The position numbers were made by a program, and so were the translations under genes. Positions 26,013 through 39,289 of a DNA stretch of 64,000 bases are shown here, piece after piece. Positions within the stretch are counted from its first letter, which is position 1. Each line of letters begins with the position of its first letter. The notes beneath the pieces are model-generated. The model did not search any database, was not told the DNA's origin, and saw nothing but the letters and a program-made list of their open reading frames with translations. This stretch comes from Octopus sinensis (taxonomy: Eukaryota), in assembly GCF_006345805.1 (NCBI RefSeq), contig NC_042998.1, forward strand, positions 148,366,001 to 148,430,000, read 5' to 3'.

Positions 26013-26049
26013 TATATATATATATTTATACATATATATATATAGTAGT

Positions 26050-27764
26050 AACAGAAAAGAGAAATTTCGATTATCCCCACGTGGTGAGTTGTAATGTATG
26101 TAAGAAATTAAAAAAGGAAAATACGCACACTTACACAGTTTTAATATAATTTTTAATATATCGACCGGTTTCGCTATCGTTATTCATGATATTATGTTTT
26201 ATTTATTTGAATATATATTTTTTCTTAAGAAGAAATTTGGTCCATGTTGTGTGTGATGAAATTCACGAGTGAATGACTTCCCAAGTAGATAAATAAAGGG
26301 AGGTAATTGGTTTTTATTATTGTTATTGTTGTGTGTAAGGGAGATACCAGTTCAGCTTTCGGTATTGGGTGGGGATTAAATATGTGTACAGAACAGAGAC
26401 AGGTTTTAAAAACCTTGTTTAGTAGGGGATTTATGTACAGTGATGTAATCATGAATGGAATATGTAAAAATATAAAAGTTGGTTATGCGTGCATAGTAAG
26501 ACGTGTTTTGTATTTTTCAATGAAAACAGTTTCTTTATTTAAACGTTCTAGTTGAGAGATTGCGTCTTTGCACTGGTAGAAAGGGAAGACTGTGAAATTT
26601 GGTTTGATGTTACCTGCACATTTTTCTATGTGTTCACTGAGAGAAATTTGTCTGTATTGCGGGAAGCGGATTTGCTCCATATGTAGAGTGATTCTCTTTC
26701 TCAAGGTTATACTCGTTTGTCCAATGTACTGATGACCGCAACCCGAGCAGGTTATTACATAGATTAGGTTCTCAGAGGCACAGGTGAAACTAGTTTTAAT
26801 TTTGAACCTCTGTCCTTGTTTGAAAAGGAAATCCGAGCCTTCAAGCAGGTTGGGGCAGGTTCCACAATTTGGGCGTCCACATTTTTGAACCGTTGGTTTC
26901 GTGGTTGATTGTAAAGCTTCGCATTTGTTAGTAGTCTCTTTAGCGATTTGTCTTGTTTTTTGCATTTGATGAGTTTGTGTGTTTTCAGGATGTCGTTCAT
27001 TTTTGGATCTCTAGTTAGTAAAAGGAGAGTTTGCACAATAGTGTTGAATGCCTCACTGTTTCTGGGGTTGTGTGTTGATATAAAAAGTAATGTTTTGGTT
27101 TGATGTGTGGTGCTATGTTTTTTGTTCTTAGTGTTTTTGTGTCTAATTGTTTGGCACGTTTAATCCCCACGTCGATAAGAGAGGGTGGATATTGTCTTTC
27201 AATAAGTGTTGTTTTGATGTCTTGAAGACGAAGGTCCCGAGTTGTTCTATCAGACACTATTGTGCAGATCCTTTTTGCTAAGTTAAAAGGGATGTTTATT
27301 TTTATGTGTTTCGGGTGGCATGAGTTAAAAAGAAGATATTGTTTTGAATCAGTTGGTTTATAATAAATATCAGTTATGATTTCATTGTTAACTTTTTTTT
27401 ATCATGATGTCTAAAAATGGTAGTTGTTCTTTGTTATATTCCATTGTGAATTGAATGTTACTATTTATGTTATTTAGTGTTGTTTTGAAATCCAAAAGTT
27501 TGTCGATGTTCTCCTTCCAGATGATAAAGCAGTCATCCAGGTATCACTTCCAATTTTCTCTTATGTAGAGGTAAAATGGGTAACCATATTTCTGAAGTGA
27601 TACTTCATATGAGGTGAATTCAAAATAACACATTATTAGGTTCGCAAGAACAGGAGCTCCTTTCGTTCCCATCGCAATTCCACATTACTGACGATAGTAT
27701 GTGTCATCAAATAGGAAATAATTGTTCTGAAGTATAAATTTTAAGGATTCAATAATAAAGATCT

Positions 27765-27770
<6 letters not shown>
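26050..27770 (-). mobile_element. PLE family B, RT to GIY-YIG to 3' UTR, 5'-truncated at a (TA)n array
   Basis: FILQNNYFLF..GIAMGTKGAP..YLDDCFIIW..LPFLDI..YYKPTDSKQYLLFNSCHPKH..CGRPNCGTCP..NLIYVITCSGCGHQYIGQTS..RITLH. Confidence 0.92.
26158..26192 (-). ncRNA. Degenerate minimal hammerhead motif
   Basis: The minus strand reads atatc-ATGAATAA-cgatagc-GAAA-CCGGTC-gatat: stem I intact, core mutated. Confidence 0.6.
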
Positions 27771-27839
<69 letters not shown>

Positions 27840-27840
<1 letters not shown>

Positions 27841-29350
27841 TATAAATATAAGATCTAGGGATCGAAGTGTAGGAAGAAAGTTAGCTTCGAGCAATTCAGA
27901 GTGAATATGAAAAAACAACTTTCAGGAATAATAGTGGTTTATTGAGACGGAGGTTGCGGATTTTTTTCTCTTTTAGATGAGCTGAAAAAAGGTTTTTATA
28001 TTCCTTGGTAAGCAAACAGAGTTGCCGTGTGTGCGAAAAAGAGCACAAGAGTTACGAAATGGAGTATAGGAAATCCGGTCTACATATATTTCATAGCGAG
28101 TGGAACCTCAAAAGTGGTAAAATCCAAGTGAGATGTAAATCGCCGGCTGCTCATTTGGCTAAATATATCTTGATTAGATTAAAGGCTACATTGTCGCAAG
28201 GAGGTACATGTTGACGCAAAGATTCAATCAGAATGTGCGTGAGGGATATATAAATGAGGGGGGAAATAAGAAATAAAAGAAGGGAAGAAAGAAGAGAAAA
28301 AAACGAATAAATAAAATAAAATAAAATATAGGGGAATGAAAGGAGAAATTGGACGGGTCGGTGATAGATAATATAATAGTTTTAGCTTAATCACAGAATT
28401 CAGTTGTGAGATAGGGCATTTGAAGAGAAGAGAAATTGCAGGGGAGAGAGTGGGGAAATATTTTTGATCGTGGGTGGAAAAAAATATTTATAGATAAAGC
28501 AAGGTAGGGTGGGGAGTAGGCGTAAATTGGTAAAAGAAACAAAAAGCGGAATGAAGAGGTGAAGGTGAATGTAGGCGTATGCATCTGTACGTTTACGGGT
28601 GGAGAGAGTAGGAGGGGAGGGAGTAGAAATATAAAGAGAGAGGAATATTTCAGGTAGCAAGTGAAAATACGGATAGAAAATTGTAACTGACGAATAAAGA
28701 ATTAAAGGGGGAGAAAAAGATTGTTGGCTTAATACGCAGATATAGTGAGGGTGGATAAGTGGGAGAAAGAATATATGAAAGTTATTGGGAGACAAGAGTG
28801 GGGTGGGGTTGTAATTATTTGTATTTCGAAAATAGATTTAATGCCCGATGTTTGCAGGTAAATGTTATACTGCTGCGTTCATTGACAAGGTCCGTGGATT
28901 GCAAAATAGCAATGACCTCGGCTATGCAGAGATCACACTAATTATACCTGCTGTAAGGTTTAGCGTGGGTGATTATGGACCATTTGAGAGTATAAGGAGT
29001 TGAGTCAAGAGTTAGTTTATTGATAAGTTGAGATAACGATGTACTGTTCGATTTTGTATGGGATTTGAAGCTAGAGTAGTGATTGCTCACTCTAGCTTTG
29101 AAGTGGTGCTACATGAGCGGATGTAAATGTAGTTGCAGTTGTTAGTTAATACTGTGCCCATATAAAGCATGTTTTAGTGAGACAGCGGTTATCTAAGGGA
29201 CAGGAGGTTGGGCGTCTGCAGCTGCATAGGTTTGTAGGGGATATTCCGGATGAGCTTGTGAGGGGATTGTTATCTAGGGAGGAATCGGTGTTTGGCTCGT
29301 TATTATAGTTAGTGCTAAAGTTATCAATTATTAAGAGGTTGAGGGTAGAG
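27840..29350 (-). mobile_element. PLE family A EN fragment (28815-29350) with probable pyrimidine-rich 3' UTR
   Basis: CSCRRPTSCPLDNRCLTK..YIYI..NHYSSFKSHTKSNSTSLSQ..WSII..CDLCIAE..NERS..TCKH..KYK*. The UTR extent is inferred. Confidence 0.75.
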
Positions 29351-29459
29351 TTATTGGGTTGTATAGTGTGATAATTATTGTTCAATACTTTGATAATAAT
29401 AATAATAATAATAACAACAACAACAATAATAAGAACAATATTAGTAATGGTAGTGAAAA

Positions 29460-30812
29460 TAGGGGAGGTAAAAAGAAACCTATACCATATATTCTAATGG
29501 GTGACCCGTATAATAAAAACCACCTACCAACAAGAAACACAATAATAACATAATTTCGATTATATTCCCATTTGCTAAATATTTGAAGTCTGACTTTATA
29601 AAGTCTATTCGTTCTATTATTAAATCTAATTTTAGTAAATCTAGGTATGCTGAGATATTCAATAACAGAATGATAAGATTTGGCTTTTCTGTTTCTCCGA
29701 ACTTATTTAGGATTATTTCTTCCTTTAACAATTGAAAACTAAACCTACTACTAATACTAACCCCTTCTACTCAAATAGTCCTATACCCTCTACCAACGAT
29801 CCCCATACCAACGCAAACTCTGCTCTACCAATACATATACACATAGCAACAGTGCGTCTGATATTAGTAAGAATTGTAGCTGTAGAAATCCTAACACTTG
29901 TGAAGTTAAAGGTAATTGTAAAATGAAAAATGTTGTATATAAAGCCACTATTACTAGATATGATCTCTCTAGGTTCCATTATATTACTACACATGATATC
30001 TCTAGGTTCTATTAAATTACGTTTGAATAATCATAAATCATCTTTTAATGATCGTCGGAAAGAAAATAGTACTAGTTTATCCAAAAATGTATGGCAACTT
30101 AAAAGAGATAACATAAATTTCTCAATTTCCTGGAATATTGTTTCCTCTACCCCCTCTTATAGGATTAGAAATAGAAATTGTCCGCTTTGCCTTGAGGAGT
30201 CGTATATAATTATGAAAATGAACGGTTCTATCTTAAATTCGAGAGATGAAAGATTTTTTCTTGTAAGCACATGTCCAAATTCCTCTTCTTTAACCTTAAA
30301 TAGGTTTATTGATTACCTCCTCCCTTTCTTTCTGTGGTATTTAGTGTATGTTTATCTTCTCGATGTGTGCATGTATGTGTGCCAGTGCGACTGTCTATGC
30401 ACTTGTGTTCTTAGTTATATATATGTATGTATATATGCATGAATGTGTTTGTATGTGTACAAGTACACACGTATGTATATATATATGTGTGTATATATAT
30501 GTATATATATATATATGTATGTGTATCTATGTGTATATATGTGTGTATATATGTAAATGTATATGTGTGTGTTTGTTCTTATTTGATATGTGTGTACATG
30601 TATGCATATGGGTATGCGTATGTGTATATATATATATACATATATATATATGTATGTGTGCGTGTGCATGTATACATTTGCATGCAGGTTTGTATGTTTT
30701 TGTGCACGTTTTTTTCTCTTCCTTCTTGTATGGATGTGTCCCCAATGTATGTACATGTTTATGTATGTGAGTGTTTTTGTACGTGTGTGTATATTTATGT
30801 GTATATGTGTGC

Positions 30813-30870
<58 letters not shown>

Positions 30871-31700
30871 ATATGTGTGTATATATATATGTATGTATGT
30901 AGAAATATATGTATATATATGTATATGGAAATGTATATATATATACGTTTTTTGTTGTGAATGCGTGCTTCTTTATTTTTTTATATGTTTGTATCCATCC
31001 CTTACATATGCACCCTTATGTGTGTGTGGGTATGTGCACGTGTGTGTCGTATGTGGTGTATGTGTTGTGTATGTATGTATGTGCTTATATTTGAATTCCT
31101 TATGTGTTATGTCTATACGGCTTTTTTCTCTCTCTATTGTGAATTAATTAATATATATTCTTATTTTCTGTTTTTCTTTATCGTCTCTTCCACTATTATT
31201 ATTGTTGATATCATTATTTTTCCCGTTCATAACTTGGTTTGTAAATTATCCTATTTCCCTTATTGCCACATCTGTGTTTTCTCTTATTGTATTTTATTTT
31301 ATTTTTTTTAAAATTTATTTTCATCTCATTTTAATTCATCGTATTAAATTTTTTTGATATCCTTCAAAAGATTCCTCACTGATGAGAATGACAATGCATA
31401 AATTAAATTTTAATTTTATTTTTATATTTATTCTTAATTTAAATTTTTGATTTTCAGTTATAACTATAATCACTATGATTTAAATTTTTTCTTACATTTT
31501 TGCATTGTTTTTCGAAACGTACGTATGCATTGAATCCAGTTTTATAATAAATCTATTTCTGTTTCAACATCTTTTCTCCATTTTTTAAATACTTGTTTAT
31601 GGTATATTCTTATACCTATAACGAATCTCCTAAAATATTATTTTCATATCCCTATTACCTCTTTTGGCTGATTTTCTTAAATAAGATGAATCCTTATTAG
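29460..31700 (+). mobile_element. PLE family A 3' fragment (linker plus EN, stop at 30301-30303) with long low-complexity 3' UTR and hammerhead
   Basis: IPFAKYLK..CSCRNPNTCEVKGNCKMKNVVYKA..KLRLNNHKSSF..STSLSKNVWQLK..CPLCLEE..NSRDE; ~30-bp internal duplication at ~29960-30020. Confidence 0.85.
31370..31536 (+). ncRNA. Type I hammerhead ribozyme with perfect core and 102-nt loop II
   Basis: CTGATGA at 31379-31385; 13-bp stem II gaatgacaatgca/tgcattgtttttc; GAAA at 31514; palindromic stem III ACGTACGT; GUA at 31523-31525; stem I ca/tg plus gattc/gaatc. Confidence 0.82.
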
Positions 31701-31768
31701 AAATCGCCTTTTCTCTCTTTTTGGATCCCTCAAACAGTTTGAATTGTTCTTCTTAAACTTACCTTTCT

Positions 31769-32185
<417 letters not shown>

Positions 32186-32195
<10 letters not shown>

Positions 32196-32800
32196 TGACT
32201 CGCTTTGAAGTTTTGCATTCGGTACAATTTGTTTTATTTTATTAGTTTTGACTGCATAAGTCCCCCCTAGCATGCGGTACCTATGAATAATAGTACCCTC
32301 TATATAATATAAATAAGTATTTTCAAAGTTGAAAAAATTCACAGATTTTTTCTCTTACGAGGTTTTTCACGCTAACTACTGATAATTTCTTATATAAAGA
32401 TTTTATCCTATTTTTAAATTTATATTTTTCACTGGAATAGTTCAATACTGAATTTTTGTTCCGAGTAGGCAAGTTGGTACCGAAATGCATTGCGAAAAAG
32501 CCCGCCATTTTCATAGATATGTAAAGATAAACATTCGTACATGCTACGGCGAATTCTACGGTTGGTTGTCGGGTATGTTATGTTGTGTTTTTTCTTATAT
32601 GTCTTGAGTTCGTTGCACTGAAGAGCATAGAATGCATATTCTGCATTGATTGCGAAATCACAGGTGATATGTAACTAAATTCTGTTTTTAAATGACTCGC
32701 TTTGAAGTTTTGCATTCGGTACAATTTGTTTATTTTAGTAGTTTTGACAGCAAAAGTCCCTCCTAGCGTGCGGTACCTATGAATAATAGTACCCTCTATA
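32186..32800. repeat. ~115-bp direct repeat (32186-32305 and 32686-32800)
   Basis: ttttaaatgactcgctttgaagttttgcattcggtacaattt..gcggtacctatgaataatagtaccctctat occurs twice with several substitutions. Confidence 0.9.
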
Positions 32801-32818
32801 ATATATATATATATATAT

Positions 32819-32870
<52 letters not shown>

Positions 32871-33281
32871 AGAGATAAATAGATAGATAAATAGATAAAT
32901 ACATAGATATATAGATATATATGTATGTGTATATGTGTATGTATCTTATTTAGAACACAAACCCGTAGAACATAACGTATTATGTACACAGACTTTAGAA
33001 GATACTATATAATACTTAGAATAACAATATTTCTCAGTACTTGAAATATATAGCTGAACTAAATTCTCCTAAACCCACATATATTAACAAATATATATAG
33101 AACATGGATGTATCCTCCTGACGGGACTGTTTTTGAAGGCCCTGTTTCTAATAGGTCTTTCTATACGACCATCCCTCCATCTGATTTTGTAGCAATTATC
33201 ATAGTAAGAGTAAATTACTATTCTGCAAGCCATTAACGAGAAGTTGCCAGCAGCACAAAACGTCACATGCTGTTAGATGGA

Positions 33282-33422
33282 CATATGCTGGTAACTGATC
33301 TCAGATGATAAATGAATTCAAATGAAAAATGAAATTCAATTAAAAAATACCCTGTATTTTTTAATTGAATTTCATTTTTCATTTGAATTCATTTATCATC
33401 TGAGATCAGTTACCAGCATATG
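33282..33422. repeat. Perfect palindrome, 69-bp arms with 3-nt spacer
   Basis: 33282-33350 is the exact reverse complement of 33354-33422; spacer cct. Confidence 0.97.
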
Positions 33423-34264
33423 GTAACAACACAATATGTTGTGTTTAGAGCACATATTATTGGAATATATTATATTACCATAGGTTTGCATCAGTAAAAT
33501 ATATTTACATGAAAAGAATATAGAAGAGTTTAAACCTCTGAAATATTTGCACATCACACAAGAGGCATAGAGAACAGAACTATTCGAATAGAACAATTCC
33601 TGAAAACCACCAACTTTTATAGATCTTTGTAAATTTAACCACTCTTTCATATAAAACCTTTTTCTTCAGTAGACATCAAGGAAATTACCATAGTAAAAGC
33701 AAATTACTACCATGCGCACAAGTGACATAGTACATGCTGCCAACAATCCCATGTATAGAGCATGGTCAGTTCATGCTAGAAAATATTTCAAAATCACCCA
33801 GAAGCATACGTTGTACACAATATGGTTCAGTTTATTTTCTTTATGCACAACTTCTACATTTTCTCCACATGTCATGTGAACTGCTTTGCACGAAAAGGCA
33901 GTTGTTCCCATTTCCGCTTGTGTCATAAGCATTCTTTGAAAAAATGTGTTTAAAATCTGATTATATTCTTAATATTAACCTTGAAATTGATGAATGGACG
34001 ATTACCCAATAGAGTTACCTCATTTGAAACTCAATCTGCCGATTTAGAATTAGATATTTTTTAAACACACATTACAGTTGTAACATATTCATTACAAATA
34101 TAATCTGCAAGCGAACAGTAACTATAAGCAAGACATTTTCTTATTTAGGATGTGACATCGTTTTGTTAGCTTCATTTTAACGATCTTTGTTAGAAACCAA
34201 CTCCTTCCTTACAGGAAGATTTTAAATATTTAGAAGAGAATGTTTATACACACACACAAACGCT

Positions 34265-34304
<40 letters not shown>

Positions 34305-35290
34305 ACATACACACACACTCACACATACATACAAACACGCATGCACGCGCACACATATAATGTGCGAGTATACGTATCCGCACAATTTCTGCCTACAAAA
34401 AAAAATCCATTGTCAAAGTATTCTTCAACCTGAAACTATGTTGAAAGACTTGCCTAAGGTAACACACAATGGCTTCAGTCCTGGAACTACGTGCTGTCAC
34501 GAAGTAAATTACTCAGTTGCACAACCATGTCTATTTCGTATGTCTTACACGCCAACCCTGTTTTATATTCTGGTTTTTACTGTTATCATTGCACCATAGA
34601 AGACAATTTTCATTTGAATAAGAATCTCAAAAGACACCCCGTCGTCCATATTGTTTTATACAGTTATAAACTCATCCAGTTCAGTGTTTTTATCATACAA
34701 AGAAATATCCATGGTCATTTTAACTAATTAATAAAAGTCAATTAAGACAATTCATCTTAACCGGAGACAGCGTCTCATATAAGTAATAAAGTTGAAAACC
34801 TTCAATCATCTGAGATTATCCAACTATTTAATAGAGAAAAGTTCTTTGTATGGAATCTTATAAATCTGAGAAAAAGAAAAGAAGGGGCATAATTCTTGTA
34901 AGGTTTGTTAAGTGAAATTTTGGGACAATAAAGAACACCGTAATGTAAAGAGACTAAATAAATAATTCTAAGCATTTTGCTCAACGCTCTGACGATCCTG
35001 ACGATCACATTTGAAATAGTAATATGTTTGGACAAAAGTAAATGAGAGTCTTATAAGAATGTTGTCCCCAGTGTGTACCTGCTGTCATCAAATCTATTAA
35101 AAATTCAAAGTCTTCGAACTAATATTGAAATTTGAATGAACTCCGTAATAATATCAATAATATCAATAAAATCAATAACGGATGATAAATTCTGATACTG
35201 TACTGCCGAATTTTAATATGAATATAAATCGAGGCAGAACAGATGGCGCTCACAGATATAACGAATTACCAGCAACAGATAGGAACTTAC

Positions 35291-35366
35291 AGTCTTTGAG
35301 TTCGTAGTGCGATGTTTTATCAATTGGGCCACGTATATAGACATGTACACTCATATTGCGAACATA
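35291..35366 (-). CDS. Weak candidate exon
   Basis: Acceptor tgtgtcag and donor T/gtaagt; open frame YVRNMSVHVYIRGPIDKTSHYELKD. The first half overlaps CA-rich sequence. Confidence 0.2.
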
Positions 35367-35691
35367 CTGACACACATACACGCATATACATAAACAGACA
35401 CTCACTAACACACACATATAAATTCAAACCAAACACACATAAAATACATGCATTCACATACAAACGCATATATACAGAATTATATATATATATACACACA
35501 CACACATGGATGCATACAAAGACATATAGAGTTGAATAGTTTCTAAGGAACACGCACAACACACACACATGCACACATGCACGCACATACACACATACAC
35601 ATACATAAATATACACGCATACACACATGGAAATAAAAACCAACACGATTAATTATATAGACATAAAAGCACATGCATCGATACAAACGCT

Positions 35692-35725
<34 letters not shown>

Positions 35726-35873
35726 TGTATGTATGTATGTATGTATGTACTTTGTATTTATATATATATATATATTATATATATATATATATATAGACTG
35801 ATAGATAGATGCTAAACGATATATATACTATATATACAAACGCGCACATACCATACATACATACATACATACA

Positions 35874-35904
<31 letters not shown>

Positions 35905-37975
35905 TATATATATTATATAATATATATATATTATATATATATATATAATACACATATATATATATACGTACACATACATAGTTACACACACCACACAAGA
36001 AAATTTGTTCTTGAAAATGCAACCATATATACATCTGTGTGTATGAGTATATGTGTGTGTGTATTGTGTGTGTGTACAATTGAATAGCATCTAATGTAAT
36101 GTACATAATGTACACACTGACACATACACACACACTCACACACACACACCCACACATACACTCTCTCTCTCTCTCTCACACACAAACATTAACACACATT
36201 CAAAGACTTATTCAGATACACTGCAAGACGTTCATGCGTATATTGAAGAAATTGGATATCTCGGAAATTCATTGAGACACGGGAAATCATGCCGAGAAAC
36301 AGACATCCGATGCCAGCTCAGTCTCTGGAGAAAGTTGCTTAGCACTGAATGTAAATAAATAGAACAAGCAACTATCGTTGCATATACAGAACACAAGCCA
36401 CAACCTTACATATACCGAGATATAGAGAATACACTAGTAGCTCAATATTAAGAACGATTCTTCTTCGATGTAGCACACAACCTTATCGACAAAACATGTC
36501 TATATGTGTGTATAAGTGTATTATATATATGTATATATGTGTATATGTGTATTCGTGCATGTGTGCATATGAGTGCGTATGCATGCATGTGCGTACGTGT
36601 GTGTGTGTGTGTGTCTGTGTACCTGTTTGAAAATTTACATACATTTGTACACAGACACAAATACATAGATATATATGAACACGGATATCTATCTGTCTGT
36701 CTATCTGTTTATCTATCTATCTATCTCTATCTATCTATCTATCTATCTATATATATATTATATATATGTGTTGCGTATGATATATATATATATATATTAT
36801 ATATAATATATATATATTTATAATATATATATATATATACATATATATTATATATGTTATATATATATACATATACATATATATGTATATATATATAGAT
36901 ATAAACTCGAATATCTATCTATCTATTTTCATATGCAAGCATGTGTATGCGTGTGTGTGCGTATATAGCATTCGTGTATACGTATAGGAATAATTATATG
37001 TATGTTCATATATATTTATACATATATGCATGTATGTATATGTATGTATGCATATATATATATACACACACACATATATATACATGCTTATGCTTATATA
37101 TATATGCAACCGCAAATCATATATATATATATATGTGCGTGTGTATATTTGTGCCTATTTTTGTTTGTATGAGTGTTTGTGTATGTATGTGTTTGTGCGT
37201 GTGTGTGCGCGCGTACGTTTATGTGTTTGTGTAATGAATGATAAGTAGACATATGATACTTAACAAACAGAGACTTGGAGAATGTGGTAAAAATCAGCAG
37301 TTTCGGAATAATGTGTATAATCCACCACGTGATGATGGTACAGAATGTTGGGAAAAATTTTCACAGCCAATGGAAGTTACCTGCACGCTGGCCTGCTGCT
37401 AATTTAAATCGAACCATTGTTCCGTGAAAAAGTCCAAATGGCAGCTAATATTCTATGGAATATGAATAGTCAGTATATTTTTCACTTAGATACATATAGG
37501 ATCAGATGTGGCTGTGAGGTAAAGAATCTAACTTCGAAACCATATAGTGCAGGGTGATTTTTTTGTATAACTTTATATTGACCAAAACCTTATGAATGGA
37601 ATTTGACAAACGGAAACTACAGCAGTTCGTCGTACACACACGCACACATATGAGGGATAATTCAGGTTGAAAATGTATATAGGATATTTATACTAAAATT
37701 AATATGCTTAACCGGTTTCACATTTATATGAAGTTCAAAATATGTTTCCAGAAAGTGCGTCACATACTTTTATCGTTCCTAGAGACGGTACAGTTGGCGA
37801 CACAACTCCAGTTTCCTCAATACTTATACATTTGAAAATCATATAATGTGAAACATGTGAAGCGTATTAATTTTAATACAAATACATCAATTATATTACT
37901 TTCTATGCCTTTTCAACTTCATGTATTAATTCAGTACTTGTGTAGATTAGTAACTATCTTTATATATATATATAT

Positions 37976-38024
<49 letters not shown>

Positions 38025-38159
38025 TATATATTATATATATATATATATCACACACCCACATATATATATACATATACATATTCATATATATATATATCTG
38101 TACGTGCACACACATTTATGTGTGTGTACATACACGCTAGTATGTATAAGCCTGTGTAT

Positions 38160-38234
<75 letters not shown>

Positions 38235-38417
38235 ATAGATATATTGACGAGAGATAAGTCTTCTGAATTTTGATTATTAGTAATGCCCCAGTTATGACTA
38301 ACCTTGAGCTTAAACAACAACAACAACAACAGTAAGGTGTTAAACCCTCAGTCTGTTGTCCCTCAACAAGGTGATAGTTTCAGCCTCTCCTGTATAAGTT
38401 TGCGTTTTACTGAATTA

Positions 38418-39289
38418 TTGGGTTGTAAGATAAACTGGTTTTCTTTTTGCTAATTTTATTTGAATTAACACAAAAATATCGTTTTTGAAACTGAATAAAT
38501 TTGATCTCTTTACAGATGTGTGAAAATGAAGTGCAAAGTTAATAAAATGGACATTTTCCGCATTTGCTTCTCCCTGCTTTCATTCAAAGTTCCAAAGCTG
38601 CCAAAGTCGCTCGAGATACTTGTTTTATGTGCGCTGAATGCACTATTACTGGAAGAACTGCACAGAAATGGTTTACACGCTTCAAGAACTGGAAAATTCC
38701 ATCTCGCAGACTCTCCACGATCCAACCAACCTGGTCAGTTCGAAGAGGATCGACTGAACGAGCTCATCCATGAGGATTTGCACTGATGCACTGGAGAATT
38801 GGTCCAGCAGATGGGAAGCTTTCATGATACCATCAGCTGTCACCTTCACTCGATCATTAAGGTCAGAAAACTTGGTGTATGAGTTCCACATGAACTGAAC
38901 GAAAGAGACAAACACCATCCTCAATGTCGCTAATTTAACCAAAATTGCTAGTCTAGAGATTGGTTGAGCGTCTACCACAACTACCGTATTCTCATGATGT
39001 AGCACATTCAGAATATCACCATTTCCACTCACTCCCCAACAATCTGTGAGGTGTTTCGTTCAACAAAAGATGAACTGAAAACATGGTTTGATAAATTTTT
39101 CGAGTCTAGACCGGATGGTTTCTACTGCCAAGGCATTGACAAGCTAGTGGATCATTGGCAAGAAATTGTGAACAGTGAAGTAGACTATATCAATCTGATT
39201 TATCAAAACTGTTAGGGAAAACTAATGACTAAAACAAAACAGAAGCAGAAAACAGAAAAAAAAATGAACGGATTTATCTCACAATCTAA
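38418..39289 (+). mobile_element. Mariner transposon, internally deleted, both TIRs present
   Basis: TA-ttgggttgtaagataaactggtt ... gaacggatttatctcacaatctaa-TA; HTH region (KAAKVARD..ERTAQKWF..FEEDRLNELIHED..VPHELNE) plus a PYS-like C-terminus. Confidence 0.88.

Noticed and set aside
33101-33204. Plus-strand exon-like WMYPPDGTVFEGPVSNRSFY
   Set aside because: The acceptor lacks a pyrimidine tract and the donor region is part of the local diverged duplication.
36216-36350. Unique island with open + frame DTLQDVHAYIEEIGYLG
   Set aside because: Weak donor and no recognisable homology; the opposite strand is equally plausible.
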